DNA of 64,000 bases from Octopus vulgaris (Eukaryota): positions 9,672,001 to 9,736,000 of the forward strand of contig OX597827.1 of the NCBI GenBank assembly GCA_951406725.2, written 5' to 3'. A program made the translations under genes and the position numbers. Shown piece by piece: positions 29,100 to 44,331 of this stretch. Each line of letters opens with the position of its first letter. Position 1 is the stretch's first letter. The notes under the pieces are model-generated. The model ran no database searches, was not told where the DNA came from, and saw nothing but the letters and a program-made list of their open reading frames with translations.

Positions 29100-29345
29100 C
29101 ATGCGGAAATTCAATGTGGAATTGAAATGAGCTGGAAAACATACAGGAAAGCAAATCTGTCTGAGACACAATAAAAGTCTAAGCTTTTGAAAAAGCCGAA
29201 AGTATTAAGAGTTCCTATCTGACTCTACTTACAAGCTGACTAACATGGATTTATTCAGAAAATAAAACGGATACAAATTTGGATAAATACAATGGAAGCA
29301 GGTATGTTGATGGTTCTATCTTTGAGAGATCGTGTTGCAATACTA
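29100..29345 (+). mobile_element. Decayed RTE-like LINE ORF remnant
   Basis: Frame-shifted peptides resembling the post-RT region of RTE elements (EIQ..IEMSWKTY, ..TW.., MEAGML...RDRV). Confidence 0.4.
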
Positions 29346-30965
29346 GCGAGGGCAGGAAGATCTGGTATCTGGAAAAAATTCTTTGTTGGGGGAGAATTTT
29401 GAATGATAGCATAATTTAAGTTTCAAAATACTTTATGATAGCAGGTTGAAAGCTATGTGAATTGAGAAGTCTCTTGTTTCACAGCTGCTTTCAGATTTGT
29501 TTTATATCTGTTTAACCTATCAAATCAGCAAAAATGCAATTTTCTAATCAATTATTTCTTAAAATGCTTTAAAATATTTGCTGATAATTTTAATTAAATG
29601 ATAAGTAATAATGATTATCAAATAAATGCTGTAATATTTTCTGAAAATATTAATTTTGGAAATATTTTGTTCTATAAATTTTTGTTTAGTTAAGAATTTC
29701 AAATTGGTTTTAAATGAAATTTTAATATAATTGGTGTGATGTCTTTATTAATTTAGAGTGTTTACTTTTACCAAAATAATTTCATGTTTTTTTTAAAAAA
29801 AATATTTATTATAAAAGAAAATAAATGAAATTATATACAATATTTACAGACCCACACCTCCAAAATACACAGAGATAAACAAAAACAAAAGAAAAATGAA
29901 TTACCAATACAAAAAAAGCATGGGAAACATTGCAAGGATAATAAATACAATTAAAAACGAAAAATGATAAAAAATAAAATTGAAAATGACAAAAAAAAAA
30001 ACAGTATGTGGAATATAAAAATTAAAATATACACAAAAATGCAATAATTAAATAACACATTATTCACATAGATAAATATGATTATATCTACATAATTATC
30101 TGAGTGAAATGTTCACAACATATCGATGAATGTACCAGGATGACTAGTAAATAGTGTACTAGTTAAGGATATTAATGAAGGAAGAGGAACCTTTTGCTAA
30201 AATATGAAGGGTTGAGAATATATTTTCATTCGATGTTATATGGAGATACTAAAACAATCAAATACAAAGGTAGATGCTGATAAAGCAGGAAAGATGTTTA
30301 CTTAGGTGAATACTCTTAATGTATAAAAGTGAATGAATATATACATATCAGATAAAACAGAATTCAAGGTGACTGGTGGTGGCCTGTGATGCCAAGTTTG
30401 TGATGTCATTTGGAAAAAGTTCCAGAAAGTGTCCAGTGCAATTGCCACAGTGAGTGAAGTATTGAATATTTCATATTTCAGACAGAAACCTTCTTCAGGA
30501 TAACAACAACAAGATTGGTATAAAGAAGAGATAGCAAAGTTTTATATCCTATAAATATGGGTAACTGGCTGCAACTGATGGGGAACAACATGAATGTGCA
30601 TGGATATATGCTCCAAATTGCAGACCATAGATTTGTATCAAGGTAGATGAAATTTTGGATAGGATGCATCTTTTGAGAACATAAGCTATGTGACATTTTG
30701 GAAATTTTCTACAATTCCAAGAAGGCCAGTTTCTGTTGTTAGTTATCTATGGAACAGACTTACATAATATTTAGTAGATGTGTCAGTGTCCTAGGGGATA
30801 AACTATGCCTTGTTTAGAAATAAAGTTTCCACGCTCAAACCGTGTTCTACAATATATATACACATCCAGGCATAGGAAACCTGATGACAATTGATGTTCT
30901 AGCTATTGAAGTGTAGTGTAGATGTAAATATTAAAACATTGTTTTATCTCTGCTGATGAATATCA

Positions 30966-31143
30966 TGGTCTAAGCTGCCGGATGAGATGAGGAAGATGCC
31001 GATGACTGCTCGGTTCAAAGTCTCCCTTGACCTCAAGTGGCCTGAACTCTTTACATAAACACCACCCTGTACATAACTCCATGTCCCCCTACATGGCCTT
31101 GCTTTTTGCTTTTTGAGCCAAAAAATTAACTAACTAATTAACT
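30966..31143 (+). mobile_element. CR1-like LINE 3' end with (TAAC)n tail
   Basis: Encodes WSKLPDEMRKMPMTARFKVSLDLKWPELFT*, a CR1-like ORF2 C-terminus. Near-identical copy at 61540-61704. Confidence 0.75.
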
Positions 31144-31889
31144 ATTCTGATGCTTAATGTTGAATTAACAATGAAAGTGAATATGAACATGATATAGAAC
31201 ATGTTTACTAGGTTGACAAATACAGAGAAAATACTCAATGCTTTTGGTCAGCCAAAACCTAGAGTGGAGACAAAACTATAATCTAAAGTAGAAAACACAA
31301 AGTTTCAAAATGTTTTATCTACATTCAGTGACAAGTTTCTATACAATTAAAAATCAAGTGCAAATATTTTTATATATCTTTGCTCTCAGTTCAAACCCCA
31401 ACTTTGTCTTTCATTGCTTCAGGGTTGATTAAAAAAGGTACCAGTCAACAGTGATGGATCAACAGAACTGTTAGGAAGTTGGACTAGAGGCCCTGTGGTA
31501 TTTGTTCTGGCTCTTTGTATTCTGAGTTCAAATTCCACCATCACCTAAATGAGTGGCAGTCTTAACCTGACACTCAGTTTCATACTACTACTTGGAAACT
31601 TGGATGTGTTTTACAGAGCCCACTCAGTTGCAAGTATTCAGGCCAAGTCTCCACTTTAAGCAAACCTTCCTTCTCCCTTCTTACCTCCTTCTTTCCCTCC
31701 CACTAGTCTGTAAATGGTCAAGGGCACTGCTTTCCTTGATAAAAAGAAAAAGAAAATTATTATGTACTGCTAATTTTTGAAACTAATTCATGGCCCTTTA
31801 ATGACATGGTTTATAGGAGTGCTATAATAATTTAAGTTGATTGAAGTATATTACTGGTAATTAGGAATATTTTGTTAATCAATTTTCAG

Positions 31890-32117
31890 TTAACCCTTTT
31901 GTTACTAACCCGGCCAAAACCAGCTCTGGTTCTGTGGTAAAATGTCTTGTTTTCATAAGTATTGAATTAAAATCTTCCACTAAACCTTAGTCACAATTTA
32001 CGTTCCTAACACTAGATTAATCATAACTAAGTTATTTTACTAAATTCTTTGTTATATTTAAAATAATTGAAAGAAACACAGAGCATCTCAAAATAAATAC
32101 AGTAACGAAAGGGTTAA
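31890..32117. mobile_element. TTAA-flanked MITE (piggyBac-like ends)
   Basis: TTAA-CCCTTTTGTTAC ... GTAACGAAAGGG-TTAA terminal inverted repeats. Confidence 0.8.
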
Positions 32118-32347
32118 TAATATTTTACTCTTTGTCATTCTATTGCTTTCAGCCATTGGACTTCAGCTTTGCTGGGGAAAAACGTTCAATGATTTTAATC
32201 AATCTTATTACTCCCACTGCTTATTTAAAGTTTGGAATTTCATTTATTAATTTCTGTTTACCGAATCCCCAAGTTGCACTTAGGGTATAAAGAGTACAAT
32301 ACTGATTTACACTGGTAAATATATAGAAAGATATACACGGGTACACT

Positions 32348-32769
32348 TACTCTTTTACTCTTTTACTTATTTCAGTCATTTGACTGCGGCCATGTTGGAG
32401 CACCGCCTTTTAGTCGAGCAAATCGACCCCGGGACTTATTCTCTTTTGTAAGCCCAGTACTTATTCTATCGGTCTCTTTTGCTGAACCGCTAGGTGACGG
32501 GGACGTAAACACACCAGCATCGGTTGTCAAGCAATGCTAGGGGGACAAACACAGACACACAAACACACAAACACACACACTCACATATATATATAAACAT
32601 ATATACGACAGGCTTCATTCAGTTTCCGTCTACCAAATCCACTCACAAGGCATTGGTCGGCCCGGGGCTATAGCAGAAGACACTTGCCCAAGATGCCACG
32701 CAGTGGGACTGAACCCGGAACCATGTGGTTGGTTAGCAAGCTACTTACCACACAGCCACTCCTGCGCCT
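32348..32769 (-). mobile_element. OK-type SINE, young full-length copy
   Basis: Near-identical to the 3503 and 48580 copies. Confidence 0.88.
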
Positions 32770-33153
32770 ACATGTACATAGACATTTATACATCCTCATC
32801 AGAGAAATTCATGGAAGGGTCTCATCTATTAGTATTGTGCTCATAAGAGCTTGAGCAGCATCTAGTGTTAGTTGATTAAAGTAGTCAATAAACAGATAAA
32901 TTGTATATATATCACCGAATTTGTGTAAATATTGGAATATTAAATGTTCAGTGAAGAGAGGATGAAGCAGGGGGATTTCAAATAGAAAGTTTTAACCAAT
33001 TTACAATAGATTGAACAAGTAATATATAAATGAACAATTTTAAGAAATTTAAAAAATCTTATAAGCAACATTAAATTTGATGAAAATAATGATGATGATG
33101 ATGGGGTGGTGGAGGTGGTATATGAATGATGGAGGTAGTAATGGGAGTGTGAC

Positions 33154-33207
<54 letters not shown>

Positions 33208-34837
33208 CAAAGGTGTTGATGACAATGCCGGTCTGGATAGTCAATGAATGATTGATGGTCATTATAATGATGACATTTTTTCATCCTCATCATCATCAGC
33301 CAAAACCCCCACCACCACCCTATATTTCCTCCCCTTCCTTCTCTTCCTTCCTTCCACTGCCCTGCCATTATCATCATCATCATCATCATCATCATGTAAA
33401 AAGGTATCAGAAGCTGAATGTATTTCAATAAACAAACAGAAACATAACAAATATTACAGAATGAATTCTGTTTTATATTTTTTATTTTTTATTTCATTTT
33501 CAGAAAGTGGTTCAATGGCCTGTAAAGCAGAGTTCATATATCATATATCATATATCTGTGTGTCAAATTTCTTCTGGGTTCAATGCTTGTTAATATTCTC
33601 TTTAACATTTATTCCTCATGAATTAATAGAATAAACAGTTGTTGTTGTTGAGTCCCAAATCAGCCATCATTGAGTAAATCTATGGCCAAAGGCTTTTCTA
33701 CATCCACCTCGCCATTTCATCTTCTTGTATAACTTTCTTTTCACGCTCCCTTCTTGAGCCCTAAGACTTATAAAACTGGATACGGGATTCCATTCCATGG
33801 TAGGTAAGTGATTGAGATCATAACATAGCCTGCTCAGAAAAGGATGCAGGGTTCAAAACCAGCAATTTTGAAGGGTCAAATTACATAGGCCCCAGTACTT
33901 GACTGATACTTATTTTATCGACTCCCCTCCACTCCAAAGGGGTGAAAGGTAAGGTTGAACTCAACCGGACTTACATTCAGAATGCAAAGTGCCAGATGAA
34001 AGCCTCTAAGCATTTTCTTCCATGTATTTACTATTCTGTCAGGTCACCACCTTTTTGTATATCTATGATTACATTATCCAGTGTGTCCTTTCTTTTTAGA
34101 TTATTTAGATATTGATTATTGATTTGAAGATCTAACCGCTTTATTTGTAGCACCATATAGAGGCTGTATCAGTGGTTCATGATGGCATCATAAAATGAGC
34201 CATGTATATTAACCAAAATCATTTCAGTATATTTTCCCCCACCTCATCATTCCTCACCCCCAAGATTCATTTTATCACTCCCATAAACATCATTCCCCAT
34301 GTACCAAAGTGAAGAAATCATTTACTTCCCCACACTCTTAGCGTATACATTGGATTACACTGTAACACTTAGGAAAAAGTAGTGTAAATTTTCAATTTAA
34401 CCTATCAAGGATCATCAAAACCCTCATCATCCCCACCACCATAATCAAGACCATCATTATCATTTTTGCCCCCAACACCAGAAGAGAAAAAAAACATGAT
34501 ATGATTTTAATGAAAGAAATGAAACAATATCTCTTGCCTTGATATTACTGTTATCATATATGTTAATCAATAATTTGAGAAAAAAAAAGCATAATATCTT
34601 TATAAAAAGAAGCAAAAACAAATCATGGATATCAAAACTTTGACAGATATCTCACGGCAGTTTCTGAATTCTGAGCAAAACTTAGAGGGACTTTCAGTAT
34701 ATATAAGATATGAAGAGTTAGGGTAACAATAAGGACTATAAACGTACTATGTTAAACAACAGCATAACTACAAAATTTAAAACAAAAAAATATACATATA
34801 TATACACACACACACATTCTCACACAAATATATTTAT

Positions 34838-35013
34838 GTTTTACTTGTTTCAGTGTTTAGGCTGTGGCTATGCTGGGGCACTGCCTTGAGGAATTTTTAC
34901 TCAATCAAATCAACCCCAGCACATTCCTTTTTCAGCGTGGTATTTAGTCTATTGGTCGCTTTTGCCAAACTCCCTAAGTGATGGAGATGTAAACACAACA
35001 ATGACACATGCAT

Positions 35014-35068
<55 letters not shown>

Positions 35069-35210
35069 CATGACAGGCTTCTTCTAGTTTCCGCCTACCA
35101 AATCCACTAACTTTGGTCAGCCTGAAGATATACTAGAAGACATGGTGTGGGACTGAAACCAAGACCATGTGGTTGGGAAGCTATCTCCTTGTCACGCAGT
35201 CACACCTCTA
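34838..35210 (-). mobile_element. OK-type SINE, old diverged copy
   Basis: Recognisable tail, internal microsatellite and head motifs. Confidence 0.65.
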
Positions 35211-35800
35211 TGTGTGTGTGTATATATGTATATGTATATATTTGAAAAAAGATTTCCTTTAAAGTCATTAATTATTTAAAAAAAATTTTTTTAGCAGAAT
35301 AGAATGACATGAACAGATAAAAGAAGCTCATCTAGAAATGACATATGCTGCCCAGGGATTTGAACTCAGAATGAAATCAGTTCAAACAGAATAATGTATT
35401 TTATCTCTTCACCATCTGAACCATATTCACTGTCCTTATCAGCACTGCTTTAGCAGCCAAAAAGTCTTTAAAATTCTATGTTATTGATGCTTGTAGCTAA
35501 GCTAGTGTCACAACAATATAAGTATGTGTAGGTGTGTACATCTATGTGTGTATAGGTACGGTTCCTTATGTATATATATATATGTATGAATGCATACACA
35601 CACACACATATATATATATATACACACACACATATACATACATATATGTACACACATATATATACATGTACGTATATCTATTTGGTTGTGTATTTACATT
35701 GTGTGTGTGTGTGTGCACACATTTGTATGTATCTATATGTGTATGTAAATATATAAATGTATGTATGTATATATATATATATATTTATGCATGCATGTAT

Positions 35801-35856
<56 letters not shown>

Positions 35857-36322
35857 GTACATACATATGTATACACACACACATATATGTATATATATGC
35901 ACTAAATGTCAAGTTCTAAAAAGTAAAAAAGTAAAAATTATGAAGCAACACCAAATGGCAGTGCCCCAGCATGGGCATAGCTTATGAGGTGAAACTAAAT
36001 AAATTCAATTTCATTGTGAGTGCGTGTGTATATATATATATATGTACATACATTAACACATACATATATGTGTATGTGTGCATATATGTTCATTATGCAC
36101 ACACAAACATACACACACACATATAGACATCGTGGCTGGGGCACATGCAAGCACTTGTAACTGTGTATGTATATTGATAGATGTATGCAAATATTATGAT
36201 TGTCTATGAATATCATACAAAATTTGGATAAATATATATATATATATAACATATGTAATATACAGTTATGTGTCTCCATAAATACATACATACATACATA
36301 CATACATACATACATACATACA

Positions 36323-36356
<34 letters not shown>

Positions 36357-36458
36357 CCTACATACATTTATACATACTTACATGCATACATATACATACA
36401 TAAGTTTTGTGGTACAAACAGAGGAAATAGAACTCAATACTTCAAACAGAGAATATGA

Positions 36459-36523
<65 letters not shown>

Positions 36524-36745
36524 TACATATCCATATATTCATACATCTATATATCTTATCACTTGATAAGTTTGATAAGTGCCATGCAAGAAACTCTTAG
36601 CTGTTGAGACACTTGGCTACCTTTAGAGCTATTTATATATGTACATATAAATACATACACACACATGTATGCATACACGCACACACACAGACACACATAT
36701 ACATATATAATTATCTGCATATATATGTATATATATATATACATT

Positions 36746-36802
<57 letters not shown>

Positions 36803-37276
36803 ATACAAGTATGCAAGCCAGTGTGCATGGGTGCAGGAGAAAGTTATGTAGTTTAGAAATTAGCAAACTTTGGTAACATGAATGAAAAAAGACTAACAGG
36901 AATAATAATATGATGTAAACAATAAAATGTAAAAAAAAAAAAAAAGCGAGAAAAAAACGTGTTTCTAGAATGGGCATGAGGGCATAAATTTGGTAAGAAG
37001 TGGATTAGCATAACTCTAGTATATGACTAATACTTAGTATGACAGACAACATCAAGAAATGATACGTTTCGCCGAGGAGAGAAAACATTCTGAATTAACT
37101 TATTGTGAAACAAGATTTGATATTTAAAAAAAAAAAAAATTTGATTGATGAGAAAAGTTTTTTTTTACTTGTGAAAATAATTTACTCAGCAGTGAGACTC
37201 AAAGTCATACTTTTGTATGTGTGCATACATATATATATATATTATATATGAGTTTGTGTTTGTGTGTATGTATGTA

Positions 37277-37327
<51 letters not shown>

Positions 37328-37353
37328 CTTTGTGTATATATATACACATATAT

Positions 37354-37456
<103 letters not shown>

Positions 37457-37556
37457 CAGAAAAATAGATAGATAAATAGAAAGATAGTCAACACATATGC
37501 ACAAGTTTATACTTATATTGTCCATGAATAAATATCTATATCAATAGCTACCTACC

Positions 37557-37656
<100 letters not shown>

Positions 37657-37709
37657 TAAATATATACATATAGATAAGTATATCTATCTACCTACCTATA
37701 TATATATGC

Positions 37710-37748
<39 letters not shown>

Positions 37749-38279
37749 CACATACTCCCCTACACACAGAGTTATATTCACATGAATGAATATCCATACA
37801 CATATACCGGCAGTATAGTTTGTTTACAGAATATCAATGCTTTCAGAGTTTGCTTTTACACTTTTTCACATTAATTCATCTTATTTTTGACTTTTCAATG
37901 TTGACAAAATAGTTGTCACAAGAAAAATAATTGAACACACCTTGAGGGTGAGAGGAGTTTCTGTCTTGGTCTCAAGAAAAGACAGTTCATCATGTTGTAT
38001 TTATCTCAACAGTTGATAACAGGTAATAATGTTGAGAAATTAGATAAGATGCACTGTGTGGAACTTATGCCCGCTTCACAAAATAAAGCGATACATTTCT
38101 CATATATACATTTATAACACTACCTGTGTGGGTAGGTATATAAAAATATATATATATTTGTGTGTGTGTGTATACATTTATATATACATATGTGTGTACA
38201 TGTGCATGTGTGTGCATATAGGCATGTACATACATTCACACATGTGTGTATATATGTGTGTGTATATATAATAATAATA

Positions 38280-38314
<35 letters not shown>

Positions 38315-38717
38315 GTATATAATATTGTATATATATATATACATAAACACACACACACACATATATATGTATATATATGTATATATATATAGCCACACAC
38401 ATATATACATATGCATACATACATGCATACATGCATGCATACATACATACATACATACATATATACATATATACGTACATACATAAATAAGCACTTTACA
38501 GAGTAAAAGTTAGCAGAAGATCTTTGAAAACAAAATCTTGCTTCCCATCCAGCAACTATCAATAGCTTAGAAATAAATATAATAAAATAAAGTAGCCTGT
38601 AAATATTAAAAGAAAATATACTAAAAGTGAAAAATTATAATTTTTGGTTTTTGTCTTCCAAACACCTCCAATTTAATAAAGTCTTAATAGTAAAAGTATT
38701 CAAACCTATTTACTCAC

Positions 38718-38984
38718 CCAAGTCTTGATAAAATTCCCTTCAATGTGTTTTTAAAAGAATGATGTGCATACTGCCGTAGAGTTGTATTGTTACTGCTGCT
38801 GCTGTTATGTGCTGGCCGTGTTATACTACGGCTTGGTCTGTGGTTGAATGGATGTGGGTGATAGGAGCCAGAAGACAGAAAGTGTGAGAGAAAGAGAGAG
38901 TGTTGTACAGAAGAAATGAAGAGAAAGACAGAGGGGGGATGCAGTTCAAGGAAGGAAGCGGGAGAAAGATAACTCAGGAAATAG

Positions 38985-39025
<41 letters not shown>

Positions 39026-39071
39026 CAGAAAGGAGAGTAATAAACGAAAAAGAAACAAAGAGACGTAAACT
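38718..39071 (-). promoter_or_regulatory. Candidate promoter and non-coding first exon of the protocadherin
   Basis: Initiator-like TCAGTT (minus, 39073-39068) at a switch from GA-rich to CT-rich sequence. It is followed by TE-free, CpG-containing sequence ending in a consensus donor TGG|GTGAGTA at 38718/38717. Inference only. Confidence 0.4.
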
Positions 39072-39415
39072 GAACGTACTCTCTTTCTTATCTTCTTTCT
39101 TTCGCTCTTTCTCGCTTTCTTTCTTTCTTTCTTTCTCTTCTTTCTTTCTTTCTTTCTTTCTTGTTCCCTCTCTTTCCCCTTCTCTTTCTCTTTTTCTCTC
39201 TTCCTCTCCCCTCTCCTGTATCAGTTTTTATTTTGCCACTTAAAGTAATGATCTGCGAATGTATATACATACTTGTACGCATACATACACATATGTACAC
39301 ACACGTGTATATAGATAAAGATATATATACAGATAAATAGACAGATAGATAGATAGATAGATAGATACATAACTATATAGATAGATAGACAGATATACCT
39401 GTAAATATATATACA

Positions 39416-39539
<124 letters not shown>

Positions 39540-39655
39540 TACATATATACATATATACATACCAAAGGCGGTGCTCCAGCATGGCCTCAGTCAAATGACT
39601 GAAACAAGTAAAAGAGTAAAAAGAGTATATATATATACATATATATATATATGCA

Positions 39656-39695
<40 letters not shown>

Positions 39696-39709
39696 TATAT
39701 ACATACATA

Positions 39710-39745
<36 letters not shown>

Positions 39746-40693
39746 TGTATGTGTGTGTGTGTATGTGTCAGTGTGAGTGTGTATTTGTGTGTATGAATGT
39801 AGCTGGCTTCAACCAATGACAGGCAGGTGAGGGATCACATGGGAGGGAGTAAACAGACACAAAGATGAAATAAATAAACTTACTAAATAAATAAATATCT
39901 AATAAATAAATTTAAAATTATCGACGATAACGTCCTCTACCTAAAGACAGTGATAAGGATGATGATGATGATGATGATGATGAGGAGGAGGAGGAGGAGG
40001 GGAGTTGAAGAGCAGGTGTAGAAGGAGCGGGAAACTGATGAAGATATTAAAAAGAATCAGAAACTACCCACAACTTATCTAATAATTGATCATGGTTACT
40101 GAGTCTAATAGTTATATAAAGGTCTACAAGCCACTGATGGAGCCCTAACATTTTCACTTGACTTGACTTGCTAGAAGTAGCAGCAAAATTTCTCTCCGGT
40201 TATATTCTTCCATTATGGAAGAGTAAAACTGGGATTACAAAGGGGCTACATGATGACATATTGCATCACAGATTACATTAAGTAAATGTAACCTTTGATA
40301 AGATATGTTATAATATAAGGTAAGATGGTCATGGTTAGAATGTCTTTTGATCATAGATCAGTGTGCAATATTTGAGCTGACTCAAATGTTCCCAAAGCAA
40401 CATTATAATTTACACAAAACATGTTGGTACACATTCTTTTACACATGTATACACAGATATTTTCTCATATATATATATACATACATACTCACACACACAC
40501 ATGCACACACACACATGTATATATGTATATACGTATATATATGTACATATATGTGTGTGTGTGCGTTTGTGTACATATATATACATATTTGTATGTATAT
40601 ATGTGTATATATATATGTGTTTGTGTGTGTGTATATGTGTGTGTTCATATATGTATATAGTCATATATATAAATATATATGTATGTATGTATG

Positions 40694-40725
<32 letters not shown>

Positions 40726-41617
40726 TGTATGTATGTATGTGTGTATGTGTGTATGTATGTATGTATGTATGTATGTATGGTTTTATGTATGTATATATGT
40801 ATGTATGTATGTATGCATGTATGTATATATGTATGTATGTATGTATGTATGTGTGTATTCAGAGAAAGAAAGGCAATATTTTTGATCCTTAAATTATTCA
40901 GGCCTCTGAAAGTGGTGTGAAGTAAAAATTCACCTCCAAGTGGAGACCTAATCTCAATGCTTGCAATATAGCAAAACTCCACAAAATTCAAATATTCCAC
41001 CCAAGAATTCATAGACATAGAGCTGGAACATATCCCAGAATGTGTCTCATCCAACACTCTAACCATTCTGTTAAGTCACCTCCCGGGGCTGATAGTTGTT
41101 TATGAACCCCAAAAAAGATGTAAGGCGAAGACCGGCCCCTGCAGGATTTGATCTCAGTGTACAGTGAACGAAAACGAATGGCACATGGTATTTTCTTCTG
41201 CACTCTAATGAATATGCAGATACACACACATACACACACACACACACACATGCTCTCACGTACTCACACACACACACACATGCACACACTTAGAAAGAGA
41301 GAGAGAGAAGGAGTGGGACAAAAATAGCAAGAAATAGAGGTGTGAAAGAGTGACAGATACACGTTCATGTAAGCATACACACAAAGAAAAACAAAGCTGT
41401 ATAATTATCAATATCTTTTCTTTTAGCTATGAATATGATAACTAACATAAAAGGATATAACTTGTATCACAATATTGGAGAATGAACTGCATATGAATAA
41501 CTGTACGTGCAGTTTATATCATTGCCTGAGAATGCATTTATGTATTTTGATATAATATATGTATATCTATATATATATATGTATACACATATACATATGT
41601 TTATATACATATGTATA

Positions 41618-42196
<579 letters not shown>

Positions 42197-42197
42197 A

Positions 42198-42228
<31 letters not shown>

Positions 42229-42291
42229 GTATATATATATATACATGTATATATATATGTATATATATGTATATATATATATATATGTATA

Positions 42292-42381
<90 letters not shown>

Positions 42382-42756
42382 TACACATATGTAAACTTCA
42401 TTTAAGCTGGTTCACTAGTCTCTTCCACTGATGATTTCATGGTATTCCACTGCTTCATCAAGCAAACAAGACTGGACAAAAAGACACATCATATCACCCC
42501 GATGGTTTATGGTGTAACATGTCTCTTCCTCCAATCTGACATGTCAGATGAAGCAGCAGTATGCCATGGAAATGTCAGACTAACAAACTACTGGATCAGC
42601 TTAAATGAACAATAACACTATGCTTGTATTGAGTACTTCATTGAGGGATTGTTACCTAAAAAATATACATTGTTATATTGTAACCACTATTTTGCAAAAC
42701 AAACAAGGAAAGACTTAATCAATACATAAAATTTTAATAAAAAGTCAAAAAAACCG

Positions 42757-42799
42757 CCACTACAATTGTTTCTTGTCTTGATCGACAATCTTCAGGTGG
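42757..42799 (-). ncRNA. Minimal type-I hammerhead ribozyme motif (Penelope-like element type)
   Basis: Minus strand reads CCAC-CTGAAGA-TTGTC-GATCAA-GACAA-GAAAC-AATT-GTA-GTGG. Stem I is CCAC/GTGG, stem II is TTGTC/GACAA, stem III is the palindrome ACAATTGT, and the CUGANGA and GAAA cores are intact. Confidence 0.8.
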
Positions 42800-43027
42800 A
42801 CTTCCAATCTAAAATATCAATATTTTAAAATATAAAAATAATAATTTTAAAATAATTAAAGTATTAATGAAAAAATATAAATATATAATCTATATATAAC
42901 CTATATATAATCCATATATAATCAATATATAAACAATATATAAACTAAAATAAACCTATATATATATATATATAATCCATATATATATCAATATATAAAC
43001 AATATATAAACTAAAATAAACCTATAT

Positions 43028-43383
<356 letters not shown>

Positions 43384-43976
43384 ATATATATATATATATA
43401 TATATACATACATACACATACACACACACACACATATATATATATACACATACACACTCACATGCACACATATATGAATATATATAGATACATACACACA
43501 TTATTGGGTTGAGTTATTTCCATCAGGCAATTCGAAAATAAAGAGAGGGTGTGAAAAGTTTAAAGAAATTGCAGTGGTATAAAGATATCAACGAGTGAAT
43601 TGTTACATGGTTATGTCATCTACCAGCTGGTATTGATATTATAAATAGCATAGACTATAAAAAGCAGGTGTGTCTTGTAATGTGTCAATACTGAGATTAG
43701 AAATAGGTGTACGAGTGTTTCCTGGTAAACAGCTAATTATTGATCAGTTCAGTTATGTTATATTATAATACTCCAGTTTTTCAGTAAATATTTATTTAAA
43801 TGGTGCTAACTGGTAAATATCTCTGATCTGACATTTATATGATCTGCAAAAATAATAAACTTGTTTTTAGATTGGTGTACTTTTCACCCATTTGTAATAG
43901 TTCTCTATGGTCTACATTTTGCAAGGAGCTTCCACTTGATGCTGTATGTATTAGCGTTCTCTTACAGATACCAGAT

Positions 43977-44331
43977 CATCATCATCATCATCATCATCAT
44001 CGTTTAACGTCCATTTTCTGTGCTAGCACAGGTTGGACGGTTCGACCGGGGTCTGGGAAGCTAGGGGCTGCATCAGGCTCCAGTCTGACCTGTCAGAGTT
44101 TCTACAGCTGGATGCCCTTCCTAACGCCAATCACTCCGCGAGTGTAGTGGGTGCTTTTTACGTGCCACCTGCACAGGTGCCAGGGGGAAGGGGTCCGGCA
44201 TCGGCCACGATCGGTTGGAGCTTTTAACGTGCCACCGGCACGGAAGCCAGCCAAGGCGGCGCTGGCAGCGGCCACGTTCGGATGGTGCTTTTTATGTGCC
44301 ACTGGCACAGAAGCCAGTCGGGGCGGCGCTG
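43977..44331 (-). mobile_element. RTE-related non-autonomous retroelement with (GAT)n tail and internal ~65-70-bp GC-rich repeats
   Basis: Minus strand ends ...GCTAGCACAGAAAATGGACGTTAAACGATGATG and contains GGCGTTAGGAAGGGCATCCAGC. Three GTGCTTTTTA(C/T)GTGCCAC-like units. Second copy at 54221-54456. Confidence 0.7.

Noticed and set aside
29790-30900. Possible decayed L1/Tx1-like remnant on the minus strand
   Set aside because: Only vague peptide similarity; no diagnostic motif could be read with confidence.
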